A DNA stretch of 64,000 nt from contig JBDUCW010000005.1 of assembly GCA_040003235.1 (NCBI GenBank), forward strand, positions 1,665 through 65,664, in the 5' to 3' direction. The notes beneath the pieces are model-generated. The model made no database searches. It saw nothing but the letters and a program-made list of their open reading frames with translations, and had not been told where the DNA came from. Below are positions 48,588-59,205 of the stretch, in pieces. The stretch is from Ferruginibacter sp. (GTDB lineage: Bacteria; Bacteroidota; Bacteroidia; Chitinophagales; Chitinophagaceae). Within the stretch, counting starts at the first letter, position 1; each line of letters starts with the position of its first letter. Position numbers and translations under genes: made by a program.

Positions 48588-51500
48588 TCAAATAGAATCA
48601 TACATCTTCTTCAAAAACTCATATAGCTCACTCATTGAATTAATATCATCCACCATTAATATTCCGTTTCTGCCAACCTGTTTTAATTTTCCTTTGTTGG
48701 TTCCCTTTTGAAGAAACTGCAGAATACCATTGAAAGTTTCACTCTGGAAATAAGGCGATTCAGGATTGCTGACGAAGAAACATTTAAGGTTATTGTTTTT
48801 GAGCAGCATCTTCTCAAAACCAAGTTCGACGGCCATTCTGCGGCAACGAACGGTTGTAAACAGATCTTCTACCTGCGGCGGTACAGGACCAAAGCGATCG
48901 GTCATTTCCGTATAAAAATCATCAAGGTCTTTTTCTGTTTCACAATTATCCAATCTTGAATACAGGCTCAGCCTCTCCGTTATGCTCTCTACATAATCAT
49001 CGGGGATCAGTATTTCCAGATCGGTATCAATTGTACAGTCGCTTACAAAATCATCCTGCAATTGTATTTCTTCTTTATATAATTCCTTGAATTCTTTTCT
49101 TTTCAATTCACGGATCGCTTCGTCTAAGATTTTATGATACATTTCAAAACCGATCTCTGCAATAAAACCGCTTTGTTCACCACCCAGTAAATTTCCTGCA
49201 CCACGGATATCCAGGTCACGCATCGCAATCTGGAAACCGCTTCCAAGGTCACTGTATTGTTCCAGTGTGGTCAACCGTTTTCGGCTGTCTGCCGGCAAAG
49301 TGCTCATCGGCGGCGCGAGTAAATAACAGAATGCTTTTTTATTACTTCTTCCTACGCGACCCCTCAACTGGTGCAGATCACTTAATCCAAACTGGTGCGC
49401 ATTGTTGACGATGATCGTATTCACATTCGGAATATCCACACCGCTTTCTACAATGTTGGTACAAACGAGCACATCATAACGTTTATCCATAAAGTCGAGG
49501 ATCGTGTCTTCCAGTTTATCGCCTTCCATCTGTCCATGCGCAAATGCAATGCTCAGATCGGGACACAATCCCTGTATCAGCCCACACATTTCTGCAAGGC
49601 CATGAACACGGTTATGAATAAAGAAAACCTGTCCGCCTCTTTCTGTTTCATAGTATAAAGCATCGCGTATAAAATCTTCATTGAACACATGCACTTCTGT
49701 CTGTATCGGTTGCCGGTTCGGTGGTGGCGTATTAATGATGCTGAGATCTCTTGCGCCCATCAGGCTGAACTGCAATGTTCTTGGGATCGGGGTTGCCGTT
49801 AGTGTAAGCGAATCCACTGTTGTTCTTAATAGTTTTAATTTTTCTTTTGCGGTCACACCGAATTTTTGTTCTTCATCAATTACCATTAAACCAAGGTCTT
49901 TAAACTTAACTTCTTTACCTAGCAATGAATGGGTGCCTATAATAATATCGATCTTGCCTTCTTCTACTTTTTTGAGTGTTTCTTTTCTTTCTTTGGCAGA
50001 TTTGAAGCGATTGATAAAATCTACCGTTACCGGAAAATCTTTCAGCCTCTCACCAAATGTTTTAAAATGCTGATACGCCAGGATCGTTGTAGGAACCAGT
50101 ATAGCAGCCTGTTTACCGTCGCAGCAGGTTTTGAATGCAGCACGTATCGCAATTTCTGTTTTACCAAAACCAACATCACCGCAAACCAGCCTGTCCATCG
50201 GCGAAGGTTTTTCCATATCCCGTTTTACATCAATGGTGGCTTTGTTCTGATCGGGCGTGTCTTCATAAATAAAACTGGCTTCCAGTTCCGTCTGCATATA
50301 ATTATCCGGACTGTGCTGAAAGCCCACCAAACTTTTGCGCTGTGCATATAATTTAATGAGATCAGTAGCAATATCTTTGACCTGCTTCTTTGTTTTTTCT
50401 TTGAGTTTATTCCATACATCACTGCCAAGCTTATTCATTTTCGGAACACTTCCTTCCTTACCACTGTATTTTGAAATTTTGTGCAGCGAAGAAATGTTGA
50501 CATACAGCAGATCACCATCCTTGTACTGAATGCGCACAGCTTCCTGTACTTTGCCATTGATGTCCATCTTCTGCAAACCACTATACACGCCCACTCCATG
50601 GTCGATGTGCGTTACATAATCTCCCGGCTGTAATTCGCGAAGCGTTTTTAAAGTAAGCGCTTTGTTTTTATTGAAAGCCTGCTTGACCTTATATTTATGA
50701 TAACGCTGAAAGATCTGGTGATCGGTATAACAAACCACGCCAAGATCATCATCAATAAATCCTTCATGAATAGAAACCGGTACTGGTGTTACCTGCAGTG
50801 ATGCATTCAGATCTGTAAATATTACATGCAGTCTTTCGAGCTGTTTTGGATTTTCAGCAAATAAAAAAATATTGTATTTCTTCGCTTCGTATTCCTGTAA
50901 ATTTTTTATCAGCAGATTAAAATTTCGGTTGAATGCAGGTTGTTCCTTAGTCTGAAATTGAATGCTGGGCAGCGCCCCTTTAGGGGAAGGGGGTGACTTG
51001 CTGCCGAATTCAATTACGTGGCGACTGTCCAGTAATTTTTCCAGATCAATGGCTTTTACAAAATCATTTTGGTTGATTGCTTTTTTCGTAAGCACTTCAT
51101 CTTCCTGTTCTGCTTTATCAGGCAGCAGTTGAAATCCTTCTGTTGCCAGCAACAGGTCTTCTTCCTGTTGCTCAATTTTTTCTTTAATGAAACTCCAGTC
51201 CTCTGACCAGACCACTGTGTTCTCTGGTAAAAACTCCAGTAGCGAAACTTTCTCTCCATGTTCGATAGAAGAATTATCAGAGAGTGTATCAACGTTCGGA
51301 ATAATATTTACCAGAAGTAATTTTCTTTCACTTAATTGATTTTCAGGATCAAAAATGCGGATGCTGTCAACTTCGTTGCCGAATAATTCTATGCGGTAAG
51401 GTTTTTCATTGCCAAAAGAATAAATATCCAGAATACCACCTCGTACTGCAAACTGTCCGGGCTCATAAACAAAATCAGTTCTGGCAAAACCGTAATCAAC

Positions 51501-51992
51501 AAACCTGGCAAGTATACCGTTCACGTCCAGTGTATCACCTTGTTTGATGGAAATGATATTGGAAGAAAGCGTTTTGGCAAGAATTACTTTTTCAAATAAT
51601 GCTTCGGGATAAGTGACCGTGATTTTTTTATTTCCGCCTGCGGCGATCTTCATCAATGCTTCTGAGCGCAGCATTACATGCGAAGGATTGAGTAATTGAA
51701 AATTCTTGCGCGTTTTAAAAGAAGAAGGAAAATAAAAAAGGTCCAACGCACTGGTAATATTTTCTAATGTATTATGAAAGTATGCTGCTTCTTCAGCGTC
51801 CCGCAAAATAATAAGATGATTGATCACTGCGGCAGCAGGATTGGCGAAAACAGAAGCCACTACAAATTGTGAAGCACTGCCGCTGAGCCCGGAAAGATGC
51901 AATCGCTGTGGTTGAGACATAGTGATCCGGTCCGCTATCTGAAAACAGCGGGGGTCTGCACTATAATCATTCATTAACAACTCCAGATTCAT
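48588..51992 (-). CDS. mfd: Transcription-repair coupling factor
   Basis: 1134 aa. UvrB-homology N-part, CarD/RID domain (DHGVGVY), SF2 helicase motifs (GDVGFGKTE, DEEQKFG), TRG and C-terminal domain. Confidence 0.95.
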   Translation of the reverse strand: MNLELLMNDYSADPRCFQIADRITMSQPQRLHLSGLSGSASQFVVASVFANPAAAVINHLIILRDAEEAAYFHNTLENITSALDLFYFPSSFKTRKNFQLLNPSHVMLRSEALMKIAAGGNKKITVTYPEALFEKVILAKTLSSNIISIKQGDTLDVNGILARFVDYGFARTDFVYEPGQFAVRGGILDIYSFGNEKPYRIELFGNEVDSIRIFDPENQLSERKLLLVNIIPNVDTLSDNSSIEHGEKVSLLEFLPENTVVWSEDWSFIKEKIEQQEEDLLLATEGFQLLPDKAEQEDEVLTKKAINQNDFVKAIDLEKLLDSRHVIEFGSKSPPSPKGALPSIQFQTKEQPAFNRNFNLLIKNLQEYEAKKYNIFLFAENPKQLERLHVIFTDLNASLQVTPVPVSIHEGFIDDDLGVVCYTDHQIFQRYHKYKVKQAFNKNKALTLKTLRELQPGDYVTHIDHGVGVYSGLQKMDINGKVQEAVRIQYKDGDLLYVNISSLHKISKYSGKEGSVPKMNKLGSDVWNKLKEKTKKQVKDIATDLIKLYAQRKSLVGFQHSPDNYMQTELEASFIYEDTPDQNKATIDVKRDMEKPSPMDRLVCGDVGFGKTEIAIRAAFKTCCDGKQAAILVPTTILAYQHFKTFGERLKDFPVTVDFINRFKSAKERKETLKKVEEGKIDIIIGTHSLLGKEVKFKDLGLMVIDEEQKFGVTAKEKLKLLRTTVDSLTLTATPIPRTLQFSLMGARDLSIINTPPPNRQPIQTEVHVFNEDFIRDALYYETERGGQVFFIHNRVHGLAEMCGLIQGLCPDLSIAFAHGQMEGDKLEDTILDFMDKRYDVLVCTNIVESGVDIPNVNTIIVNNAHQFGLSDLHQLRGRVGRSNKKAFCYLLAPPMSTLPADSRKRLTTLEQYSDLGSGFQIAMRDLDIRGAGNLLGGEQSGFIAEIGFEMYHKILDEAIRELKRKEFKELYKEEIQLQDDFVSDCTIDTDLEILIPDDYVESITERLSLYSRLDNCETEKDLDDFYTEMTDRFGPVPPQVEDLFTTVRCRRMAVELGFEKMLLKNNNLKCFFVSNPESPYFQSETFNGILQFLQKGTNKGKLKQVGRNGILMVDDINSMSELYEFLKKMYDSI

Positions 51993-52161
51993 CAGTCCTG
52001 CAAAGATACGAACCGGAAAAAATAAAACTGCGTAACTTTATTGAAGTTAAGATCCTCTATATAAAAGGATTTGCGCCGGTTTATACAATAAAAACACTGA
52101 AAGATCATTATAAATTATCGTGGAAACCAAAACATGACACGCCATAACGAAATCCTTTCGA

Positions 52162-55100
52162 ATGAAAAAAAATTACTTCTTTCTTCTCCTGACTTTTATT
52201 TCACTGAATCTTGCGGCGCAAAATGAAAGACCTGCCCGTTTTACGAACGGTGAATTTGTTACCGGTAATAATATCAGCAGACAAACATTTAAACAGAATG
52301 ATCTGCGCACTGCACTGTACGGAGAAAATTATTTTGTATTGATTCAATTTTCTATTCTGCCCGGCGCCATTCAGCAGCAGCAATTAAAGACAGCAGGCAT
52401 TACACTTGCGCAATATTTGCCAGGCAATGCTTACCTGGCAATTATCAACAAGACATTCAATTTTTCTATTGCCCGTAATTACCAGATCGGTTCCATCAAT
52501 ATTATTCCTGCTTATTTAAAGATCGATAAAATCATTGCAGATAATAATTCTTTCGATGATAAAAAAAATGAATCTTATTTTGCTGTTACGCTCTTTCCCG
52601 GAACGGATAAAAAAATTGCGGAGGCTGCATTACTTCAATTGCATGCGCAGGTTGTTCATACAAAATTCACGGATGCGCCGGTAATCTTTATTGAAAAGAA
52701 TAAAAACATTATCGACAGTATTGCTGCTTTGTCTTTTGTCAGTTACATCAATCTTCAACATATAAAAGATCAGACGCTCAATCATAATGATGTGGGAACG
52801 CATTCTATCACTGCGCTGCAAAGCCCGTCTGGCCGAAATCTCGACGGACGCAATGTTGCTGTTGGTATCGGTGATAACGCAGAAATCTCTACGCATATAG
52901 ATTTTACCGGTCGTTTGATCAACCGTGTTTTTTACTATCCGGATTATCACGGCACGCATACATCGGGCACATTGGCCGGTGGCGGAATCATTGATCCAAG
53001 ATATCATGGCATGGCACCAAAAGCACCGATCATCAGTCAGTGGTTCAGTGATATACTTACAAATACACCGGCTTATGTAACAGACTATAATATGGTGGCC
53101 ACCAATAATTCTTATCATTCGGAAGCATTGGGTTGTAGCGGAAGTACGGTGTATGATGTGCTGAGCAATTATGTAGATGCGCAGGCATTGAATTTAAAAC
53201 AGGTATTGCATGTTATTGCTGCAGGCAATGACGGCACTTTTGCCTGTTCTCCTTATCCGGCATCTTTTGCAACCGTTAAATCGGGCTGGCAATGTGCTAA
53301 GAACGTAATAACTGTTGGCAACCTGGTTGGTCAGGATTACAGCATCAGTTTCAGCAGCAGTAAAGGCCCGGTGCAGGATGGCAGGATCAAACCGGAGATC
53401 GTTGCCAACGGCACCAATACCTGGTCTACATTTCCTGATAATACCTATGGCCTTTTTGGCGGTACCAGTATGGCAGCACCAGTTGTAACGGGAACGGTTT
53501 CTTTGTTGCAGCAGCGTTACCGGCAATTACATTCCGGTACCAACGGCAGCAGTGCATTGATGAAAGCCGTATTATGCAATGGTGCCGATGATCTTGGTAA
53601 TGCAGGTCCTGATTATACATTTGGTTTTGGAATGCTCAATGCAAGAAGGGCAGTGGAAGCCATTGAAACCAACCGTTACACATTAAGTACAGTTTCCAAT
53701 GGAGGAAATAATACACAAAATATTTCAGTACCAGCCGGAGCAAGAAGATTGAAAGTAATGCTTTGCTGGACGGATAAAGAAGCGGCGGCCAATGCTGCCA
53801 TCAGTCTGGTGAATGATCTTGATCTCACTGTTACGGAACCTTCTTCTGCATTGCATCGTCCATTGGTATTGAATTCAGATCCCGCTCATGTTACAGACAC
53901 GGCAATTGAAAGAAGAGATAGTCTGAATAATATTGAACAGGTGGTCATCGACAATCCTGCTGCTGGAACTTATACATTAAATATAAACGGCCACGCGGTA
54001 CCGTTTGGACCGCAGGATTATGTGACCACTTACCAGATCGATATGCCTTCGGTAACGGTTGAATATCCTTTTGGCGGAGAAACAATGGTTCCAGGCGAAA
54101 CAGAAAATCTCCGCTGGAGTGCATTCGGAAACGAAACAAATGATTATACTGTTGAATACTCAGCTAACGGTGGCGCCAACTGGCTTACGAAAGACACTGT
54201 TGCAGCGGGTTCGCGGACTTTTGCGTGGACCGTTCCTGCAACTGCAACCAATAATGGATTGATCCGTGTGAGCAGGCTGGGAACAGCTTTGAGTGGCAGC
54301 AGCACTTATCCATTTATAATATTGGGACAACCGGTTGTTACAGCAACGATTCCCTGTGTTGGATATGCAACTCTCAGCTGGCCATCAATAACCAGTGCAA
54401 CTTCTTATGATATCTGTCAATTAAAAGGCGACAGCATGAAAGTGATCGGCAATACAACGGGCACCAGTTTTTTAGTAAGCGGACTTGATAAATATAAAAC
54501 AGAATGGCTCGCAGTTATTGCAAAAAACGGAACGGTATCAGGAAGAAGATCTATCGCACAATCGGTGATTGCAAATACCGGGACATGTAGTTTATCTACT
54601 TTTCAAAATGATCTTGCCATAGACACGATCTTAACGCCAACCACAACCAGGTTTGGAACAGTATCCAATACAACTACAGTGCGGATCAGCAATCGTGGTT
54701 CCGTTGCAGTGAGTGGTCCCTATACAGTTCAATTTAGTACAGGTGGAGCTGCTTCAACTCCTGAGACAATTAATGTCAGCATTCCACCGGCTTCCAGTCT
54801 TGATTATACTTTAACCAACAGCTTTTCGATTTCGCCAGGTAGTGGAATATATAATTTAAAATTCTGGGTAAACAATGCTGCTGATCTATATCATGAAAAT
54901 GATACAGCCTATAAAGTTTTTCAAACCTTCGCCAATGATCCGGTAACGTTGCCCTACACAGAAAATTTTGAATCGTTTCCCAACAGGGAATTGACTTCAG
55001 GTGAACTTGGTTTTGGTGATATTCATTTTGATTTTGCTCCTTCAACTGACAGGGGCAGGCTCAGAACCTTTGTCAATAGCGGTTTTGCGCATAGCGGTAA

Positions 55101-57324
55101 TCGTGCGATCACTTTGGATCAACGCCCCATTAACGGATCCACCAATGCGGATAGTCTAATCTTATCACTCAATGGCTCTTTGTTCGGCGCGCAATCAAGG
55201 TTAGAATTCTATTATAAGAATCATGGAGAAGATAATTTCCCAGGGAATAAAGTCTGGATGCGGGCAAGTAATACCGATCCATGGACAGAGGCGTATGATC
55301 TGTATGCCAACGAGGCCGGCATCAACCAATGGAAATTTGCAAAGATCAATATCAATGATGTGCTGAGCCCCGCAACTCCCTCTTCTACTTTTCAGATTAA
55401 ATTCGGACAGGAAGGTTTTACGTCAGCCAACTCTGTAGTGCAGGAACAGGATTATGATGATGGTTATACTTTTGATGACATCAGTATATTGCCTGCGCAA
55501 AATGATGTGGCATTGGTGGAGGTGGTTTCACCGGGCAAAGCCGGTTGTGGTCTTACTGCAACAACACCAGTAACAATTGCTATAAAAAATTATGCAAATG
55601 CTGCTGTAAGTAATGTTGAGGTAAATTACCGTATCAATAGCGGAACAGTAGTTACAGAAACCATTCCTTCCATTGCAGCCAATACCAGCATACAATATAC
55701 ATTTACTGCAACTGCAGATATTTCTGCGTACACCGATTATAATTGCGATTTCTGGTTAAGCGCTCCTGCCGATACTTATAAAGGCAATGACAGCATGCTG
55801 AACTATACTTTTCATAACAGCCCGGTCATCAGCAGTTTCCCATATTTACAGGGATTTGAATCCAATGACGGTGGCTGGTATGCGAAGGGAAACAACAACA
55901 GCTGGCAATATGGTTCGCCTGCAAAAACAATTATTAATAAAGCAGCGAATGGAACCAAGGCATGGGTAACCAACCTCACGGGTAATTACAATAACAATGA
56001 ATTGTCTTATCTCTATTCTCCCTGTTTTGATATCAGTTCTTTATCACATCCTGTTCTTTCATTCAGTCATATTTACCAGGTAGAAACAGACTATGATTAT
56101 AACTGGGTGGAATATTCAACCGACGGCGGATTGACCTGGCTTAAGCTTGGTGCGGTGGGCGATGGTACCAACTGGTATGATGATGTGACAACGCAAAGAT
56201 TCCGTGCATCCAGAACAACCTGGCATGTTGCGAGCGTTGATATCCCTACGGTTTCGGGCAGTGTGCGTTTCCGTTTTGTAATGTTTGGCGATGGCGGATT
56301 GACTTATGAGGGCGTTGGGATAGATGATATTCATATTTTTAATAAACAAAGTATTTATACCGGGAATCCGATCAGTAGTGGTTTGTCGCAGACTGTTAAT
56401 TCCAATGCGTGGATTAATTTTAATGATGTGAATGGAAAAAGAATTGCATCGGTCAATTCATTCGGGCAGAATCTTGGTGTTACAAACGTACAGGTCTATC
56501 CTTATTCAGGTCCGCAACGCACCAGCAACAATCAATATTATGCCGACCGTAATATTGTGATCCAGCCCACCAATCAACCGGCGTCGAATGTTGGCGTTCG
56601 TTTTTATTTTACAGATGCAGAAGCAAAAAATTTAATTGCAGCCGCCGGATGTCCTTCCTGCATAACAGTGAATGATCCTTATGAACTGGGTTCAACACAA
56701 TATCATGGCAGCATTGCTGAAGAAAATGGTTTGCTGGATGATGATCAACCTGATTCTTTCCGTTTTATTCTTCCGGCAGGAACTGATATCATTCCTTATG
56801 ACAATGGTTATTATGCCGAATTCACGGTAAACAGTTTCAGTGAATTCTGGCTGAGCAAAGGTATACTGGGCGCTGGAAGTAATTGTGCAGGTAGTACCGT
56901 TAGCTATACCGCAGCAGCAGGTGGTACAACTTATCAATGGCAGGAAGACACTGGATCTGGTTTTACAAATATCAGCAACGGAACCAATTATTCAGGAGCA
57001 GCAACAGCTGTATTACAACTGATCGCGTTACCCACTTCTGCATCCGGAAATAAATATCGTTGTCTTGTAAATGGAATAGCAGATACGCCAAGAACACTAC
57101 TTTTTAAAATGACCTGGAATGGAAGTACAGATACCAATTGGTTTAATCCGGCCAACTGGAGCTGCGGCATATTGCCCGATCAATATACGGATGTGGTTAT
57201 ACCTGGTACGCTTGTCAATTACCCGGTACTGAATGCCAATGCAGCAGTAAGAAGTGTACAGTTGCAGTCAGGTGTGTCAATTACCGTTAGTACAGGAGTA
57301 GTGCTGGATATTAAGGGGAGGTAA
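52162..57324 (+). CDS. Very large secreted S8 (subtilisin-family) serine peptidase with multiple accessory beta-domains
   Basis: Signal peptide. Asp (VGIGDNA), His (HGTHTSGTLAG) and Ser (GGTSMAAPVVTG) triad. Two MAM/choice-of-anchor-like segments (PYTENFES..., PYLQGFESNDGGW...). 1720 aa. Confidence 0.9.
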   Translation: MKKNYFFLLLTFISLNLAAQNERPARFTNGEFVTGNNISRQTFKQNDLRTALYGENYFVLIQFSILPGAIQQQQLKTAGITLAQYLPGNAYLAIINKTFNFSIARNYQIGSINIIPAYLKIDKIIADNNSFDDKKNESYFAVTLFPGTDKKIAEAALLQLHAQVVHTKFTDAPVIFIEKNKNIIDSIAALSFVSYINLQHIKDQTLNHNDVGTHSITALQSPSGRNLDGRNVAVGIGDNAEISTHIDFTGRLINRVFYYPDYHGTHTSGTLAGGGIIDPRYHGMAPKAPIISQWFSDILTNTPAYVTDYNMVATNNSYHSEALGCSGSTVYDVLSNYVDAQALNLKQVLHVIAAGNDGTFACSPYPASFATVKSGWQCAKNVITVGNLVGQDYSISFSSSKGPVQDGRIKPEIVANGTNTWSTFPDNTYGLFGGTSMAAPVVTGTVSLLQQRYRQLHSGTNGSSALMKAVLCNGADDLGNAGPDYTFGFGMLNARRAVEAIETNRYTLSTVSNGGNNTQNISVPAGARRLKVMLCWTDKEAAANAAISLVNDLDLTVTEPSSALHRPLVLNSDPAHVTDTAIERRDSLNNIEQVVIDNPAAGTYTLNINGHAVPFGPQDYVTTYQIDMPSVTVEYPFGGETMVPGETENLRWSAFGNETNDYTVEYSANGGANWLTKDTVAAGSRTFAWTVPATATNNGLIRVSRLGTALSGSSTYPFIILGQPVVTATIPCVGYATLSWPSITSATSYDICQLKGDSMKVIGNTTGTSFLVSGLDKYKTEWLAVIAKNGTVSGRRSIAQSVIANTGTCSLSTFQNDLAIDTILTPTTTRFGTVSNTTTVRISNRGSVAVSGPYTVQFSTGGAASTPETINVSIPPASSLDYTLTNSFSISPGSGIYNLKFWVNNAADLYHENDTAYKVFQTFANDPVTLPYTENFESFPNRELTSGELGFGDIHFDFAPSTDRGRLRTFVNSGFAHSGNRAITLDQRPINGSTNADSLILSLNGSLFGAQSRLEFYYKNHGEDNFPGNKVWMRASNTDPWTEAYDLYANEAGINQWKFAKININDVLSPATPSSTFQIKFGQEGFTSANSVVQEQDYDDGYTFDDISILPAQNDVALVEVVSPGKAGCGLTATTPVTIAIKNYANAAVSNVEVNYRINSGTVVTETIPSIAANTSIQYTFTATADISAYTDYNCDFWLSAPADTYKGNDSMLNYTFHNSPVISSFPYLQGFESNDGGWYAKGNNNSWQYGSPAKTIINKAANGTKAWVTNLTGNYNNNELSYLYSPCFDISSLSHPVLSFSHIYQVETDYDYNWVEYSTDGGLTWLKLGAVGDGTNWYDDVTTQRFRASRTTWHVASVDIPTVSGSVRFRFVMFGDGGLTYEGVGIDDIHIFNKQSIYTGNPISSGLSQTVNSNAWINFNDVNGKRIASVNSFGQNLGVTNVQVYPYSGPQRTSNNQYYADRNIVIQPTNQPASNVGVRFYFTDAEAKNLIAAAGCPSCITVNDPYELGSTQYHGSIAEENGLLDDDQPDSFRFILPAGTDIIPYDNGYYAEFTVNSFSEFWLSKGILGAGSNCAGSTVSYTAAAGGTTYQWQEDTGSGFTNISNGTNYSGAATAVLQLIALPTSASGNKYRCLVNGIADTPRTLLFKMTWNGSTDTNWFNPANWSCGILPDQYTDVVIPGTLVNYPVLNANAAVRSVQLQSGVSITVSTGVVLDIKGR

Positions 57325-57352
57325 AAAATACTGAATAAGGAGCAAAAAAATC

Positions 57353-57710
57353 TTGAACAAGGAACAAGTCCACCCGGACGACCCGGTCGGACGGGGAATG
57401 TCGAACAATGAACTTTAGAATAGTAAAAAGGTTTTAATTGAGTGTCTAAAATAGAATTATCAATATTAAATTCTCAAGTTGAAAAGCTTCTGACCTTGAA
57501 CATTGAGTGTTGATTCTTGATTATTGAGCATTTTTACTTTACTCTTTTATCCAGAAAATATTTTCAGGACTGTCAGACGGAGACAGTTGAACAAACGTTT
57601 AGTTCTGCAAAATAAAATATTCTTCAACTTCTTTATTTCTTATTAATTATTTCTTATTGTATTCTATATGCTTTCGTGATTCTACATTCCCTGTTCCTTG
57701 TTCGATATTC
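57353..57710. repeat. MITE/BIME-like mosaic element bounded by family A inverted repeats, with internal family B and C words
   Basis: Left end TTGAACAAGGAACA[27-nt GC-rich insert]GGGAATGTCG (57353-57403). Right end CTACATTCCCTGTTCCTTGTTCGATATTC (57682-57710) is its reverse complement without the insert. B words at 57494-57530, C hairpin at 57569-57587. No ORF. Confidence 0.55.
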
Positions 57711-57905
57711 ACTTCTTCTGATTAAACATCCATTCCATCATTGGGGATTCGTTGGTATCAAGTAAATTTATAAAAGTAATGGCTAATCTTAATGGAAAGG
57801 ATATAAACCTGTTTTATAAAAGTATTGTTGTACATAATGAATTCCTGAATTCGTCATTCTGAATTCATAATTATTCCTATCTTCCTTCCCGGAAAAAATA
57901 TATTT

Positions 57906-58625
57906 ATGGCATTACAACCGTGGCGTACAGGAAAAGTTATTAAAATAGAAGATCATACACACAACACCCGGCGTTTCTGGATCGAAGTTCCTGAATTAAA
58001 CTCATTCGATTTTATTCCCGGGCAGTTTGTCACACTGGACCTACCCATTCATGAAAAGCCCAACAAACGATGGCGAAGTTACTCCATTGCAAGTTGTCCT
58101 GATGGCACAAATGTTTTTGAACTGATCATCGTCCGTTCTGCTGATGGAGCAGGCACGGCTTATCTTTTTGATCATGTGATAGTGGGCAGTGAATTGACTT
58201 TGCGCGGACCGCAGGGCGTTTTTATTTTGCATGAACCATTGGAGAAAGATATTTTTTTTATCTGCACAGGCACTGGTATTGCACCTTTTAACAGCATGAT
58301 CCATCATATAAAAAACAACAGCATTTCTTTTAAGAATATTTACCTCGTTTTCGGTTGCAGAAAAAAAGGAGACCTGCTTTATTTTGATGAACTCGATCAA
58401 CTGCAGAAAGAATTACCAGGCTTTAAATATATTCCTGTATTGTCACGCGAAGAATGGGATGGGCGTAGTGGTTATGTTCATCCGGCGTATGAAGAATTCT
58501 GTACTGAGAAACAGCCCGCTGTCTTTTTAATATGCGGATGGAAAGGAATGATTGACGAAGCGAGACAGCGTATTCTCGCGATGGGATATGATAATAAAAG
58601 TATTCATAGAGAAGTATATGGTTAA
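57906..58625 (+). CDS. Ferredoxin-NADP reductase-type FAD/NAD(P)-binding oxidoreductase
   Basis: RxYS FAD motif (RWRSYSIAS). NAD(P)-binding GTGIAPF. 239 aa two-domain FNR fold. Confidence 0.8.
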   Translation: MALQPWRTGKVIKIEDHTHNTRRFWIEVPELNSFDFIPGQFVTLDLPIHEKPNKRWRSYSIASCPDGTNVFELIIVRSADGAGTAYLFDHVIVGSELTLRGPQGVFILHEPLEKDIFFICTGTGIAPFNSMIHHIKNNSISFKNIYLVFGCRKKGDLLYFDELDQLQKELPGFKYIPVLSREEWDGRSGYVHPAYEEFCTEKQPAVFLICGWKGMIDEARQRILAMGYDNKSIHREVYG

Positions 58626-58627
58626 AA

Positions 58628-58744
58628 GTTCATGGCTGATAGATCATAGTTCATAGGAAGAACTTTCTAAATGTTTTTTCGATGAGATGAAAGCACTGCA
58701 ATGAATCATACTTCGCCATGAACCATCAACAATGAACTATGAAC
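58628..58744. repeat. Family H words (GTTCATGG / GTTCATAG and their complements) flanking the FNR-nuoA gap
   Basis: GTTCATGGCTGATAGATCATAGTTCATAGG (58628-58657) and GCCATGAACCATCAACAATGAACTATGAAC (58715-58744). The second block runs into the first annotated nuoA codons. Confidence 0.6.
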
Positions 58745-59136
58745 TTCTTGAACTTATTCATTATATTCGTACAAACATGTTTGTTATGGGCGCAGGTTCA
58801 CTCATAGCTTTAATAATTGCCGCTGTTTCCTTTTCGGGAATTGCCATTCTTATCTCTAAAATTGTTCTGAAAGCTTCTAAAAACAAACAGAAGGGGGAAC
58901 CATACGAATGCGGTATTCCTACAAAAGGCCCCAGCTGGATACAATTTAATGTGGGCTATTATCTTTTCGCACTGATCTTTTTAATCTTTGATGTGGAACT
59001 TGCTTTTTTATTTCCATGGGCTGTAGTGGTGAAAAAAGTGGGCTGGCCTGCATTGCTTGAAATAGTAATTTTCTTTTTTATATTATTCATGGGATTTTTA
59101 TATGCGCATAAGAAGGGAGCGTTTAAGTGGAAGTAA
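58732..59136 (+). CDS. nuoA: NADH-quinone oxidoreductase subunit A
   Basis: Three TM helices, PYECG motif. The start is uncertain: the ATG at 58732 lies inside the repeat, and an alternative ATG is at 58777. Confidence 0.85.
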   Translation: MNYELLELIHYIRTNMFVMGAGSLIALIIAAVSFSGIAILISKIVLKASKNKQKGEPYECGIPTKGPSWIQFNVGYYLFALIFLIFDVELAFLFPWAVVVKKVGWPALLEIVIFFFILFMGFLYAHKKGAFKWK

Positions 59137-59143
59137 AACGTTC

Positions 59144-59187
59144 GTTTAAGGGTTTAAGAAGTTTAAAAGGTTTAATAGGTTTAATGC
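59144..59187. repeat. Family G tandem array, five units of GTTTAAnnn (8-9 nt period)
   Basis: Units start at 59144, 59152, 59161, 59170 and 59179. A sixth copy (GTTTAAGTGG, 59121) lies inside the last nuoA codons. Confidence 0.8.
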
Positions 59188-59205
59188 ACTTACTATCATG
59201 ATTTG

